Assembly (NCBI GenBank): GCA_965215605.1
Contig: OZ244070.1
Location: forward strand, 3,488,001-3,552,000
Reading direction: 5' to 3'
From: an uncultured Candidatus Binatia bacterium
Lineage (GTDB): Bacteria > Desulfobacterota > Binatia > UBA9968 > JAJDTQ01
DNA: 64,000 nucleotides
Positions 19,914 to 30,200 of the stretch are shown here, one piece after another (position 1 is the stretch's first letter; every line of letters starts with the position of its first letter). A program made the translations under genes and the position numbers. The notes beneath the pieces were generated by a model, which did no database searches, was not told where the DNA came from, and was given only the letters and a program-made list of their open reading frames with translations.

Positions 19914-20873
19914 ATGAGCAAGGTACAGGCCGCCATCCTGGATGATTATCAGAATATCGCCAAGCCCCTGATGGACGCCCGGGAGGTGCCGGACAACCTG
20001 GAAATCACCGTTTTCCGCGACCATCTGACCGACGAGGATGCGCTGGCCGACAGGCTGCGGCGTTTCGAGGTCGTGTGCGTCATGCGGGAGCGGACGCCCT
20101 TCCGGCGCAGCCTCCTGGAGCGCCTGCCCAACCTCGGGCTGCTCGTGACAAGCGGCATGCGGAACGCGTCCGTGGACATGAACGCCGCTGCGGAACGGGG
20201 CGTGACGGTTTGCGGCACGCCCAGCGTCGGCGGGCCCACGGCCGAGCTGGCATGGGGACTCATCATCGGTTTGCTCCGGCACATTCCGCGGGAGGACCGG
20301 GCCACGCGCGAAGGGCGCTGGCAGGAGACCGTCGGCGGAGGTCTCCTGGGCAAGACGCTGGGGGTGGCGGGCTTGGGCAAGCTGGGCGCCCGGGTGGCGC
20401 GCGTGGGACTGGCGTTCGAGATGGACGTCATCGCGTGGAGTCAGAACCTTACGGAGGAACGATGCCGCGAGGTGGGCGTGTCCCGTGTCAGCAAGGAAGA
20501 GTTGCTGTCGCGGTCCGACGTCCTCACCATCCATCTGGTGCTGAGCGACCGCAGCCGCGGCCTGTTCGGCGCCGCCGAGCTCGCGATGATGAAACCCGCG
20601 GCGGTGCTCATCAACACGTCGAGGGGCCCCATCGTCGATGAGGCGGCTCTGGTGCAGGCGCTGGAACGGGGCGCCATCGGCGGCGCGGGCCTTGACGTCT
20701 ACGACACCGAACCGTTGCCGCACGACCACCCTCTCCGGCGTTTGGACAACACGGTCATCACGCCCCACCTGGGGTACGTGGAACAGGCGAACTACGGCGC
20801 CTACTTCGACGGCTATCTGGCCGCCATACGAGGCTATCTCGACGGCGCGCCGGTCAACGTCGTCAAGGCATAA
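19914..20873 (+). CDS. D-2-hydroxyacid dehydrogenase family protein
   Basis: MRERTPF, GLGKLG, INTSRGPIVDE, GLDVY, TPHLGY. Confidence 0.92.
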   Translation: MSKVQAAILDDYQNIAKPLMDAREVPDNLEITVFRDHLTDEDALADRLRRFEVVCVMRERTPFRRSLLERLPNLGLLVTSGMRNASVDMNAAAERGVTVCGTPSVGGPTAELAWGLIIGLLRHIPREDRATREGRWQETVGGGLLGKTLGVAGLGKLGARVARVGLAFEMDVIAWSQNLTEERCREVGVSRVSKEELLSRSDVLTIHLVLSDRSRGLFGAAELAMMKPAAVLINTSRGPIVDEAALVQALERGAIGGAGLDVYDTEPLPHDHPLRRLDNTVITPHLGYVEQANYGAYFDGYLAAIRGYLDGAPVNVVKA

Positions 20874-20902
20874 CCTTGAACGAGAAAGAACAGAACGCAA
20901 AC

Positions 20903-21796
20903 ATGGCACAAACACAGACCGATAACATGGCGCCAACCGAAAACCTGGCGCTCTATTGCGACTTCGAGAACATCGCCATCGGCGTCCGCGACGCACGCTA
21001 CGCCGACTTCGACATGCGGAAGGTCCTGGACCGGCTGCTGGTCAAGGGCAAGATCGTGGTGAAGAAGGCGTATTGCGACTGGGAGCGGTACCGCGAGTAC
21101 AAGCCAGCCATGCACGAGGCCTCCTTCGAGATGATCGAGATCCCTCACGTGCGCCAGTCGGGCAAGAACTCCGCGGACATCCGCATGGTCGTGGACGCGC
21201 TGGACCTCTGTTACACGAAATCCCACGTGGACACCTTCGTGATCATCAGCGGCGACTCCGATTTCTCCGCGCTGGTGAGCAAGCTGCGCGAGAACAACAA
21301 GGTCGTCATCGGCGTCGGCGTGAAGAATTCCACCTCCGACCTGCTGATCGCCAACTGCGACGAGTTCATCTACTACGACGACCTGGCGCGCGACTCCAGG
21401 CGCCGGGGCGGCGCCAAGCGCGCCAAGGCGGCGGCACGGACGCCGCGCAAGACGGCAGCGGCGCCGGTGGAGGAGAAGGAAAAGGCAGAGGAGAAGGCAG
21501 AGGAGAAGGCAGAGGAGAAGGAAAAGGAGGAGAAGAAAGAGGCCCAGGAGGCCCTGGACCTGGTGGTCGAGACCGTCACCCACCTCTTTGACGAACGCGG
21601 CGAGAAGGACACCATCTGGGGCTCCATGGTCAAGCAGGCCCTGAAGCGGCGCAAGCCGGGGTTCAACGAGCGCTACCACGGCTTCCGCTCCTTCGGAAAG
21701 CTGCTGGAGGAAGCCCAGACCCTGCGGCTTCTGGATCTCGAGCCGGACGAGAAATCCGGCGACTACGTGGTCAAGGGGGTTGTCCAGGACGACTGA
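20903..21796 (+). CDS. NYN (LabA/DUF88) domain protein with C-terminal OST-HTH/LOTUS domain
   Basis: YCDFEN, GKNSADIRMVVD, ISGDSDFS, CDEFIYYD; C-terminal PGFNERYHGFRSFGKLLE. Confidence 0.9.
   Translation: MAQTQTDNMAPTENLALYCDFENIAIGVRDARYADFDMRKVLDRLLVKGKIVVKKAYCDWERYREYKPAMHEASFEMIEIPHVRQSGKNSADIRMVVDALDLCYTKSHVDTFVIISGDSDFSALVSKLRENNKVVIGVGVKNSTSDLLIANCDEFIYYDDLARDSRRRGGAKRAKAAARTPRKTAAAPVEEKEKAEEKAEEKAEEKEKEEKKEAQEALDLVVETVTHLFDERGEKDTIWGSMVKQALKRRKPGFNERYHGFRSFGKLLEEAQTLRLLDLEPDEKSGDYVVKGVVQDD
21482..21517 (+). repeat. Intragenic 12-bp tandem repeat (AAGGCAGAGGAG)x3 encoding KAEE
   Basis: Three perfect copies seen directly in the NYN-LOTUS linker. Confidence 0.85.
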
Positions 21797-21836
21797 CGGA
21801 TGCGCCGGCGGACCTCCCTCGCTCCGAGAACCATTC

Positions 21837-23252
21837 GTGCGCATCCCTTCCTTTCCGCAAGCACGAGCCCGTGAAATCAGGATCCTGAGCGTCCTTTCCG
21901 CCGGCACCTTCCTGTTCTTCAACAGCTACGGCAGCATCAACGTCGCCATCCCCAGCATCCAGGCCGAGTTCGGCAGCAGCCTGTCGGCGGTGCAGTGGAT
22001 CGCCACCATGGGGCTGGTCCTGTCCTCCAGCGTGGCCCTTTGCCTGGGCAGGGCAGGCGACATCCTGGGCCGCAACCGACTCTACAAGCTGGGGGTTACG
22101 CTTTACGGCGCCGGCGCGGCGCTGGCGGCCGCCTCGCAGACGTTCACGCAATTGGTCGCGTGCCGGGTGGTCATGACCGTAGGTCTCGCCATGGCCATGC
22201 CCATGTCGACGGCCATCACGGCCGCGGCGTCGCGGCCGGAACGGACCGGGTGGAGCCTGGGCTTCCTGTTGTCGGCGGCAGGCATCGGACGGGCCACGGG
22301 GCCGGCCCTCGGCGGCTTCTTCATCCACTTGGCGGGCTGGCGCGCGGTCTTCCTGGCCAACGCCGTGATCGGCCTGGCGGTGAGCGTCGCCGTGTGGCTC
22401 ATGCTTCGCGAGCGGGAGCGCCGCGGCAGCGAATCGTTCGACTACGCGGGAGCGGCGGCGTTGATCCTGGGGTATCCGTCGATCCTGGTGGGGTTGAGCC
22501 TCGGAGCCAACAGCGACTGGCGCTCGCCTTTCATCGCCTGGTGGTTCCTTCTCGGGGGCGCCGGCATGGCCGCCTTCGTGCTGCGTCAGTTCCGGGCGCG
22601 GCGGCCCTTGATACCGTTGCCGATGATGACGGACGTACCTCTGGTGCTGGCGTTCCTGACCATGGTGTTGTTTTCGGCGGCCTACTTCCCCATCTTCATG
22701 CTGTCGCCGCTGTACATGCGCAACGTGCTGGAGGTGACGCCGCTTCATCTCGGGCTCATCCTTACGACGCTGCCGGTGGTGGCCGCGGTCTGCTCACCCG
22801 TGAGCGGGCGTCTGTCGGATCGTATGGAGACCTGGATGCTGGTGGCGGTGGGGCTGGTGGCCGGCGCGGCCGGAATCGTTGTCTACGCCGGCTTGCAAGA
22901 CGGATCGAGTCCGGCCATGGTGTTGCTGGCGCTTGCGCTGATGGGGGTCGGAGTGGGCGTCTTTCTGCCCGCCCATCAGAAGACCGTGTTCGCGCTGGCC
23001 CCGCGCGAACACTACGGTCTCGCCGGCGGGCTGCTGTCGGCGTGCGGCCCGGGGGCGGGAGCCCTGGGCATCGGGCTTGCCGTCTCCCTCATGGAAGGCG
23101 CGGGTACGTTGGAATTCGTGGCCGCGCAAAGGGCCGCCATGCTGTGGTTGCTGCCGCTGCCTTTCCTCGCGCTCGGCCTCGTCTTCATCGGGCGTTTGCG
23201 CGCCAGGCGGAAGGGGCCGCCGCGAACGGATGCCGCGGCCGGTAAGGAATGA
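21837..23252 (+). CDS. MFS transporter (DHA2/EmrB-like)
   Basis: GRAGDILGR, GPALGG, WRAVFLAN, GRLSDR; many TM helices; start approximate. Confidence 0.85.
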   Translation: MRIPSFPQARAREIRILSVLSAGTFLFFNSYGSINVAIPSIQAEFGSSLSAVQWIATMGLVLSSSVALCLGRAGDILGRNRLYKLGVTLYGAGAALAAASQTFTQLVACRVVMTVGLAMAMPMSTAITAAASRPERTGWSLGFLLSAAGIGRATGPALGGFFIHLAGWRAVFLANAVIGLAVSVAVWLMLRERERRGSESFDYAGAAALILGYPSILVGLSLGANSDWRSPFIAWWFLLGGAGMAAFVLRQFRARRPLIPLPMMTDVPLVLAFLTMVLFSAAYFPIFMLSPLYMRNVLEVTPLHLGLILTTLPVVAAVCSPVSGRLSDRMETWMLVAVGLVAGAAGIVVYAGLQDGSSPAMVLLALALMGVGVGVFLPAHQKTVFALAPREHYGLAGGLLSACGPGAGALGIGLAVSLMEGAGTLEFVAAQRAAMLWLLPLPFLALGLVFIGRLRARRKGPPRTDAAAGKE

Positions 23253-24433
23253 TGCGCTTGCGGATCAGAGCCTCGGCCAACCTGCTCTATACACTATCCG
23301 CCATCTGCATGGCCTCGGGCGCCATCGGCGCCTCCATGCTGGCGCCCTTCTACATGGACGCCAGGGGTTTCCCGTTGGCGGTGGTGGGCATGCCCCTTCT
23401 GGTCAACGGCGTCGGCGCCCTGTGCTCCGACGTCGTGTCCGGCACACTGGCTTCCTACTTCCGGTCGAGCTTCCTGTTGCTGGCGTCGGTGGTCATCGCG
23501 GTGGTCACGGCGCTTCTGGGTTATGCTTTCGAGGACAGCCTGACCGTTTTCCTCGTGGCCTTCACCATCCTGGGCCTCACCGAGGCCATGTTCAGCCTCG
23601 CCATCCGGCGCATCGTGTTCGTGCAGTCCACTCCCGACCAGCAAGGAAAGGCCCAGGGACAGGTGGCGGCGGCGCTGGGGCTCGGCTTCGCCCTGGGCCC
23701 CACCATGGGCGGGTTCGTGGGCGAGTGGTGGGGGCTCGACAAGCTGTTCCTGGTGGTGGCGGTCCCTCAGAGCGTCAGCCTGGTCTTCATCCTGCTGGCC
23801 CGGGGGCACCGCACGGAAAAGCCGGTGGAGCGCAGTCCGCTGCCGCTGTGGCGGGTGGGCACGGGCCTGCTGGCACAGCCCGGCTTTCTCGGCGCCACCC
23901 TCGCCATCTTCCAGTCGTTCCTCTGCCTCATCGGCGTCACCCGCATCGCCTTTCCGTTCCTGGCGGTGCGGCGGGGCCTGTCCCTTGACATCATCGGCAC
24001 CATGGTGAGCATCTCCCGCCTGACCGACACCGCCGGGAGGCTGGGAGGCGGATGGCTCTCGGACCGAATCGGCACCCGCACGGTGATCCTCCTGGGAGTC
24101 TTCGTCACCGTGCCGGCCTTCGTCCTTCAGATCTTCGGCCACGGCTACATCGCGTTGCTGCTGCCGCTGTGCCTGATGACCGCCGGCTTCGGCCTCTCCA
24201 ACGTCGGCTCCACCACCCTCGCCCTTCAAGTCGCCGACGACTCCAGCAAGGGCGTGGCCCTCGGGCTGATCCGCGGCGGCACCTCCTTCGGCCGCATGAT
24301 CGGCCCCCTCCTCGCCGGCGTTCTGGTGGCCGACCTGGGTTTCCACTGGGGATTCATCGCCCTGGGGCTGATCTCGTTGGTGATCGGCGGGGGAGTAGCG
24401 GGTTTGTTCCGGAAACAACGGCAGCCGGTGTGA
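23249..24433 (+). CDS. MFS transporter
   Basis: About 12 TM helices; GWLSDRIGTR, GPTMGG; ATGA overlap with previous gene. Confidence 0.85.
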   Translation: MMRLRIRASANLLYTLSAICMASGAIGASMLAPFYMDARGFPLAVVGMPLLVNGVGALCSDVVSGTLASYFRSSFLLLASVVIAVVTALLGYAFEDSLTVFLVAFTILGLTEAMFSLAIRRIVFVQSTPDQQGKAQGQVAAALGLGFALGPTMGGFVGEWWGLDKLFLVVAVPQSVSLVFILLARGHRTEKPVERSPLPLWRVGTGLLAQPGFLGATLAIFQSFLCLIGVTRIAFPFLAVRRGLSLDIIGTMVSISRLTDTAGRLGGGWLSDRIGTRTVILLGVFVTVPAFVLQIFGHGYIALLLPLCLMTAGFGLSNVGSTTLALQVADDSSKGVALGLIRGGTSFGRMIGPLLAGVLVADLGFHWGFIALGLISLVIGGGVAGLFRKQRQPV

Positions 24434-24618
24434 GATGGCGAGTTCCCTGGCAACACCTCGGTTGGCAACAGGACCGTTGGGGTCTCGTTGCAATGGCATT
24501 GGCGCGGTGTTATGCACGCTACATTGATGATCGGGCGTCGTGCGAGTGGTTTGGGCGCTTCCGGTCGTTGTGTCTGCCACCGTTGAAGGCACCGGAAGGC
24601 CAACGAGTCCTGTCAGTC

Positions 24619-25461
24619 ATGCGCAATTTCGACCTTCTTGAACCCAAAACCGTGCCGGAAGCGTGCCAAATGCTTGCCGCCGGCGACGATGTCCGCCCCG
24701 TCAGCGGCGGGACGGCCCTCCTCATTCTCGTCAAGCAGGGCCTCCTGCGGCCTCAAACCCTTGTGAACCTGAAGAAGCTGGAGGGAGCCAACGCCATCAG
24801 CCGGGACGCCGGCGGGGCGGTACGCATCGAGGCCATGGCCACCATCCACGAGGTGGAGACCTCCCAGGTGGTGAGGGAGCATTTGCCGGTGCTGGCCGAG
24901 GCTTGCCACCAGGTGGCCAACATCCGCATCCGGCACCTGGCTACCATCGGCGGCAATCTGGCCCACGGGGACCACCAGTCCGACCCCCCGGGGGTGCTGG
25001 TGGCGCTCGACGCGGAGGTGGAGTTGAGCGGCGCGGGCGGCACGCGCACCCTCAAGCTGGCGGATTTTCTACAGGGTACCTACGAGACGGCGCTGGAGCC
25101 GGGCGAGATGGTCACGGCGGTGACGGTTCCGCCCGTGGAGGGACGGCTGGCGGGCGGCTATCTCAAGTTCACCACCGGCTCCTCGGAGGAGCGGCCGTGC
25201 GCGGGAATCACCGCCCTGGTGCGGCTGGAGGGGGACCGCCCGGTGGAAGCGCGGCTTGCGGTGGGGGCGGTGGGGCCGCGGCCCTTGCTGCTCTGCCGGG
25301 ACGACCCGACGGAGGCGGCCCTGGAGCAGATGGCCGACCGGGCCGCCGAGGAGATCGACCCGATCCCGGACCTCCGGGGCTCAGCGGTGTACAAGCGCCA
25401 CCTGGTAAGGGTCCTGGGCCGCCGCGCCCTGGCCGCGGTGTGGCAGGAAGCCTGTTCATGA
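24619..25461 (+). CDS. Xanthine dehydrogenase/CoxM-family FAD-binding subunit
   Basis: SGGTAL, IRHLATIGGNL, DLRGSAVYKRHL. Confidence 0.9.
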   Translation: MRNFDLLEPKTVPEACQMLAAGDDVRPVSGGTALLILVKQGLLRPQTLVNLKKLEGANAISRDAGGAVRIEAMATIHEVETSQVVREHLPVLAEACHQVANIRIRHLATIGGNLAHGDHQSDPPGVLVALDAEVELSGAGGTRTLKLADFLQGTYETALEPGEMVTAVTVPPVEGRLAGGYLKFTTGSSEERPCAGITALVRLEGDRPVEARLAVGAVGPRPLLLCRDDPTEAALEQMADRAAEEIDPIPDLRGSAVYKRHLVRVLGRRALAAVWQEACS

Positions 25462-27779
25462 GTGCCGTTGGCGACAGCACCCAGCGGGTGGACGGCAACG
25501 CCAAGGTTTCCGGGTCCGCCCAGTACGCCGCCGACATCGAGCTGCCGGGCATGCTCCATGCCAAGGCTCTCCGCAGCCCTCACCCGCACGCCAGGCTTGT
25601 CAAGATAGATGTGAGCCGGGCGTCGGCGTTGCCCGGCGTCATCGCCGTCGTGACCCGGGACGACCTCGAAGGCCTGAACCCCTATTACGGCGCGGTGGTG
25701 GAGGACCAGCCGGTGCTGGCCATGGACCGGGTGCGCTGCGTTGGCGACATCGTGGCGGCGGTGGCTGCGGAGGAGCGGGAGATCGCGGAAGAGGCGGTGG
25801 AGCTCATCGAGGTGGAGTACGAGCCCTTGCCCGCGGTCTTCGACGTGGTGGAGGCGGCGCAAGCCGGGGCCCCCATCATCCACGAAGAGCGCTTCGAGAC
25901 CCAGGCAGCCATTTTCCGGGAGCAGCTCAACCTGAACGCCGGCGGCAATGTCTGCAGCGTGTTCCGGGCCGGTGACGGCGACGTGGACGCGGGGTTCGCC
26001 GAGGCCGACGAGATCTTCGAGAACACCTACCGCATGCCGCCGGTGCAGCACGGCCACATCGAGCCCCACGTGGCCGCGGCGGTGTGGGAATCGCCCAACC
26101 GTCTGCTGGTGCACACGCCGTGTCAGAACGCGGTGGGGCTCCAGGAGCAGTTGGCGCGGATCTTCAACCTGCCGGAGAGCGGGGTCCGGGTGGTGGTGCC
26201 GTTCGTGGGCGGCGGCTACGGCGGCAAGACCCATGCCCGGCTGGAGCCGGTGACGGCGCTCCTGGCGCGCAAGGCCAGCCGGCCGGTGCAGTGGGTGCTC
26301 ACCCGCGAGGAGGTATTCCTCACCGGCCGCCGCTACGGCGGGTTCGTCAGGATGAAGACCGGCTTCAAGCGCGACGGCCGCCTGGTGGCGCGGGAGGTGG
26401 AAGCCTTCTACGACCTCGGCGCCTATGCTCTCTCCGGGCCCGCCAACGCCAAGACGGGTTCCTACGTCGCCAGCGGCCCCTACCGGGTGCCCAACCGCCG
26501 TCTGACCACCTACGCGGTGTATACGAACCTTCCCCCTGCCGGTCCCTACCGCGGCGTGGGGGTGCCCCACGTGGCCTGGGCCTATGAATCGGAGATGGAC
26601 CGTATCGCCCGGCATCTCGGCATGGATCCTCTGGAGCTTCGGCTCAAGAATCTGGTGCAGGAGGGCGATATTTTCGTCACCGGGGAGCCGCTGGTGTCGG
26701 TGGGCATCTCCGACTGTCTCCGGCAGGTGGCGTCGGGCGTCGGCTGGCGCGGCCGGGAGGAACAGGAGGACGGCTCCGGCCAAGGGTCGTTGAGGCGCGG
26801 CAAGGGCCTCGCGGTGATCATGAAGAGCACCACCACGCCCACGGCGTCGGCGGCCAGCGTGCGGCTCAACGGCGACGGTTCGGTGATGCTGATGACCAGC
26901 AGCACCGAAATGGGCCAGGGCGTACGCACCTGTCTGGCGCAGATCGTCGCCGAGCGCCTCGGCCTGCCGGCGGACCGCGTGACCGTATCGGCGCCGGACA
27001 CCGACGTGACCCCCTATGACAAGTCCACCAGCTCCAGCCGCACCACCTTCCACATGGGCAACGCCGCGCTGCGGGCCGCCGAAGAGGTGCGCGAGCAACT
27101 GCTGGAGGCCGGCGCCCAGGCGTTGGAGGTGGACAAGGGAGACCTCGATCTCGGCGCGGGCGGGGTGCGGGTCCGAGGGGTTCCGGACCGTGGCCTCACG
27201 GTGCCGCAGTTGCTGAAGGTCAAGTACGGCGATGCCGTGGGCAGCATTTTCGGGAGCTGCAACTTCCAGGTCAAGGGCGGCCTCGACCCCAAGACGGGCC
27301 AGGGCAAGGCCGCGGCCTTCTGGTTCTTCTCCGCCTGCGCCGCGGAGGTGGAAGTGGACGTGGACACCGGCAAGGTGCGGGTGCTCGACATCGTTACCTC
27401 GGTGGACGTGGGGAAGGCCATCAATCCCCTTCAATGCTGGCTTCAGAACGAGGGTTCCATGCTGGAGGCCCTGGGAGCGACGTTCTTCGAGGAGATGGTG
27501 TTCGAGCAGGGCCAGCCGGTGAACGGCACCTTGCTGGAGTACATGCTGCCCTCCATGGAGGACCACCCGGAAAGGTTCCAGTCGCTGCTGGTGGAGACCC
27601 CCCATCCCGACGGACCGTTCGGCGCCAAGGGGGTGGGCGAGGCAGTCATACCGGCGGTGACGCCCGCCATCGGCAATGCCGTGGCCAACGCCCTGGGCGG
27701 CGTCAACATCACCGAGCTGCCGCTCCGCCCGGAGCGGATCGTGGCGGCCCTGGCCGAGCATGAAATGAGCACGAGGTAG
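25458..27779 (+). CDS. Xanthine dehydrogenase family molybdopterin-binding large subunit
   Basis: LRSPHPHA, VGGGYGGK, YRGVG, EMGQG, GPFGAKGVGE. Confidence 0.93.
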   Translation: MSAVGDSTQRVDGNAKVSGSAQYAADIELPGMLHAKALRSPHPHARLVKIDVSRASALPGVIAVVTRDDLEGLNPYYGAVVEDQPVLAMDRVRCVGDIVAAVAAEEREIAEEAVELIEVEYEPLPAVFDVVEAAQAGAPIIHEERFETQAAIFREQLNLNAGGNVCSVFRAGDGDVDAGFAEADEIFENTYRMPPVQHGHIEPHVAAAVWESPNRLLVHTPCQNAVGLQEQLARIFNLPESGVRVVVPFVGGGYGGKTHARLEPVTALLARKASRPVQWVLTREEVFLTGRRYGGFVRMKTGFKRDGRLVAREVEAFYDLGAYALSGPANAKTGSYVASGPYRVPNRRLTTYAVYTNLPPAGPYRGVGVPHVAWAYESEMDRIARHLGMDPLELRLKNLVQEGDIFVTGEPLVSVGISDCLRQVASGVGWRGREEQEDGSGQGSLRRGKGLAVIMKSTTTPTASAASVRLNGDGSVMLMTSSTEMGQGVRTCLAQIVAERLGLPADRVTVSAPDTDVTPYDKSTSSSRTTFHMGNAALRAAEEVREQLLEAGAQALEVDKGDLDLGAGGVRVRGVPDRGLTVPQLLKVKYGDAVGSIFGSCNFQVKGGLDPKTGQGKAAAFWFFSACAAEVEVDVDTGKVRVLDIVTSVDVGKAINPLQCWLQNEGSMLEALGATFFEEMVFEQGQPVNGTLLEYMLPSMEDHPERFQSLLVETPHPDGPFGAKGVGEAVIPAVTPAIGNAVANALGGVNITELPLRPERIVAALAEHEMSTR

Positions 27780-27788
27780 GAAGACGCC

Positions 27789-28253
<465 letters not shown>

Positions 28254-28287
28254 CGGCCGGAGCGGCCATGTAGCCGGTTCCCCACCC

Positions 28288-28315
28288 CGTCATTGCCGTG
28301 AAGACGGGAATCCAG
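28288..28315. repeat. REP-like palindrome copy
   Basis: CGTCATTGCCGTGAAGACGGGAATCCAG. Confidence 0.65.
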
Positions 28316-28359
28316 GAGGGGCGGAGCGGGGAATCACGGCCGTGGCGGGAGGAACGGCA

Positions 28360-29403
28360 ATGCGCCGGATCATGGCGGGAACGCAGGAGGGCCTTCAAGT
28401 ATGGCGCGGCAAGGGGCAGGCTTGGGAGGAGCTGGACGTGGGCCTGCCTCACGGGACCGTGGACGCCATTGACGGACCGGCGCAGAGACCCGGCATCGTG
28501 TACGCCAGCGTGGCCGGGGAAGGCCTTTGCCGCAGCGATGACGGCGGGCAGCGATGGCGCACGGTCTTCTCCGGCAACATCCGCGCCGTGACCGTGGACC
28601 CCTCGGACCCCGATGTGGTCTACCTGGGCACGGAACCCATCCATCTCCACCGGAGCGAGGACGGCGGGGAAAGCTGGGAGGAGTTGACCGCCCTGCAGGA
28701 GCTGCCGTCGGAAGTGCGCGCCCAGTGGACCTATCCGCGTCCTCCTCATCGGGAGCACGTACGCCACATCTTCGTCTCCTCCGACGACCCGCGCGTGATC
28801 TACGTCTGCCTGGAGCACGGCGGCATCGTGCGGACCTTTGACCGCGGCGCTTCCTTCGAGGACGTGAGCGGCGGCATCGACTATCTCGACATCCATCACA
28901 TCAGCCATACGCCCGCCGGAGCCGGTCCCATGTTCGTGGCCACCGCCAGGGGTTTCTTCCGCAGCGACGAACCCGGCGCCGGCTGGCGGCGGGCGGAAAG
29001 CGGCATGACCCGGGACTACTTCCACGACTTCGTCTTTCTGCCCGGCAAGACGCCGGTAATGCTGGTGGCCACCGCCGACAAGTCGCCAGGCTACTGGGAC
29101 CGGCCCGAGAAGGCCCAGGGGGCGATCTTCCGCAGCCGCGACCTGGCCTCGAGCTGGGAGCGGGTGGGCGTCCACCGGGGCCTGCCGGACCGTATGGAAC
29201 AGATGGTCTGGGCGCTGACCCAATGCCCCGGCGAGCCGGGACGCGTCTATGCCGGCCTCGGCGCGGTCTCGCGCGGGCGTTCCAGCGATTCGACCCAGAA
29301 GGGGAAGGGCGAGATCCTGGTCTCCGAGGACGAAGGCGAGTCCTGGGAGCGCCTGCCCCTGGAGCTTCCGGCCAACCGGGTGCTGCTGGTGCGGCCGGAC
29401 TAG
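28360..29403 (+). CDS. BNR/Asp-box beta-propeller protein
   Basis: Six Asp-box-like repeats (RSDDGGQRW, RSEDGGESW, RTFDRGASF, RSDEPGAGW, RSRDLASSW, SEDEGESW); no signal peptide. Confidence 0.85.
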   Translation: MRRIMAGTQEGLQVWRGKGQAWEELDVGLPHGTVDAIDGPAQRPGIVYASVAGEGLCRSDDGGQRWRTVFSGNIRAVTVDPSDPDVVYLGTEPIHLHRSEDGGESWEELTALQELPSEVRAQWTYPRPPHREHVRHIFVSSDDPRVIYVCLEHGGIVRTFDRGASFEDVSGGIDYLDIHHISHTPAGAGPMFVATARGFFRSDEPGAGWRRAESGMTRDYFHDFVFLPGKTPVMLVATADKSPGYWDRPEKAQGAIFRSRDLASSWERVGVHRGLPDRMEQMVWALTQCPGEPGRVYAGLGAVSRGRSSDSTQKGKGEILVSEDEGESWERLPLELPANRVLLVRPD

Positions 29404-29433
29404 AACAGACCCGGGCGCCCTTCACCAAGAGCC

Positions 29434-30195
29434 ATGATGTACGCCGTCTTCGATATCGAGACCCGTATAGACAAGGCTCTCGTCAAGTCGGTCTACTCCC
29501 CCAAGGAGGAAATCTCCGACCGGCAAGCCTACGAGCGCCTCCGCGCCGAACGGGTGGCCGAGACCGGCAGCGATTTTCTCCCCATCTCCTTCCACGTCCC
29601 GATCTCCATCGCGGTGGGCATCGTGAACAACGACGCCGTCCTGTTGGACGTCGAGACCCTGTGCGCCGGCGACTACGGCGAGGAGGCCATCGTCCGCGAC
29701 TTCTGGGAGCGGGTGGAGCGGTTCAACGGCACCCTGGTCTCGTTCAACGGACGCAACTTCGACCTCCCGGTGCTGGAACTGCACGCCCTCAAGTACGGCT
29801 GCCGGGCGCCGCGCTACTTCAACCAGCGCTTCGGACACCGCTACCGGTATTCGGAAGAGGGCCACTACGACCTCTACGACTTCATCGGCAACCACGGCGT
29901 CAACCGTCTCCGCGGCGGCTTCGATCTCCTGTGCCGGCTCATCGGCCTGCGCGGCAAGGGAGACATTGACGGCTCCATGGTGCAGGATTTCTGGGAAGCG
30001 GGCCGGCTCGATGAAATCCACGAGTACTGCCGCCAGGACGTCATCCAGACCTATTTCCTGCTGCTGAGGGTAGAGCTGATGCGGGGCCGCATCGAACAGG
30101 GTCAGTACGATGCGGCATGGGCCGCCACCGAACGCTTCCGCGACCAACTGGCAGAGGCCAATCGGCCTGACGACGGCGGTGCGGGCCAACCGTAA
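29434..30195 (+). CDS. PolB-like stand-alone 3'-5' exonuclease (DEDDy)
   Basis: FDIET (Exo I), SFNGRNFDLP (Exo II), YCRQD (Exo III). Confidence 0.85.
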   Translation: MMYAVFDIETRIDKALVKSVYSPKEEISDRQAYERLRAERVAETGSDFLPISFHVPISIAVGIVNNDAVLLDVETLCAGDYGEEAIVRDFWERVERFNGTLVSFNGRNFDLPVLELHALKYGCRAPRYFNQRFGHRYRYSEEGHYDLYDFIGNHGVNRLRGGFDLLCRLIGLRGKGDIDGSMVQDFWEAGRLDEIHEYCRQDVIQTYFLLLRVELMRGRIEQGQYDAAWAATERFRDQLAEANRPDDGGAGQP

Positions 30196-30200
30196 TCTCT

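Noticed and set aside
24499-24516. Sigma54 promoter TTGGCGCGGTGTTATGCA
   Set aside because: The GG-to-GC spacing is 11 nt rather than the required 10.
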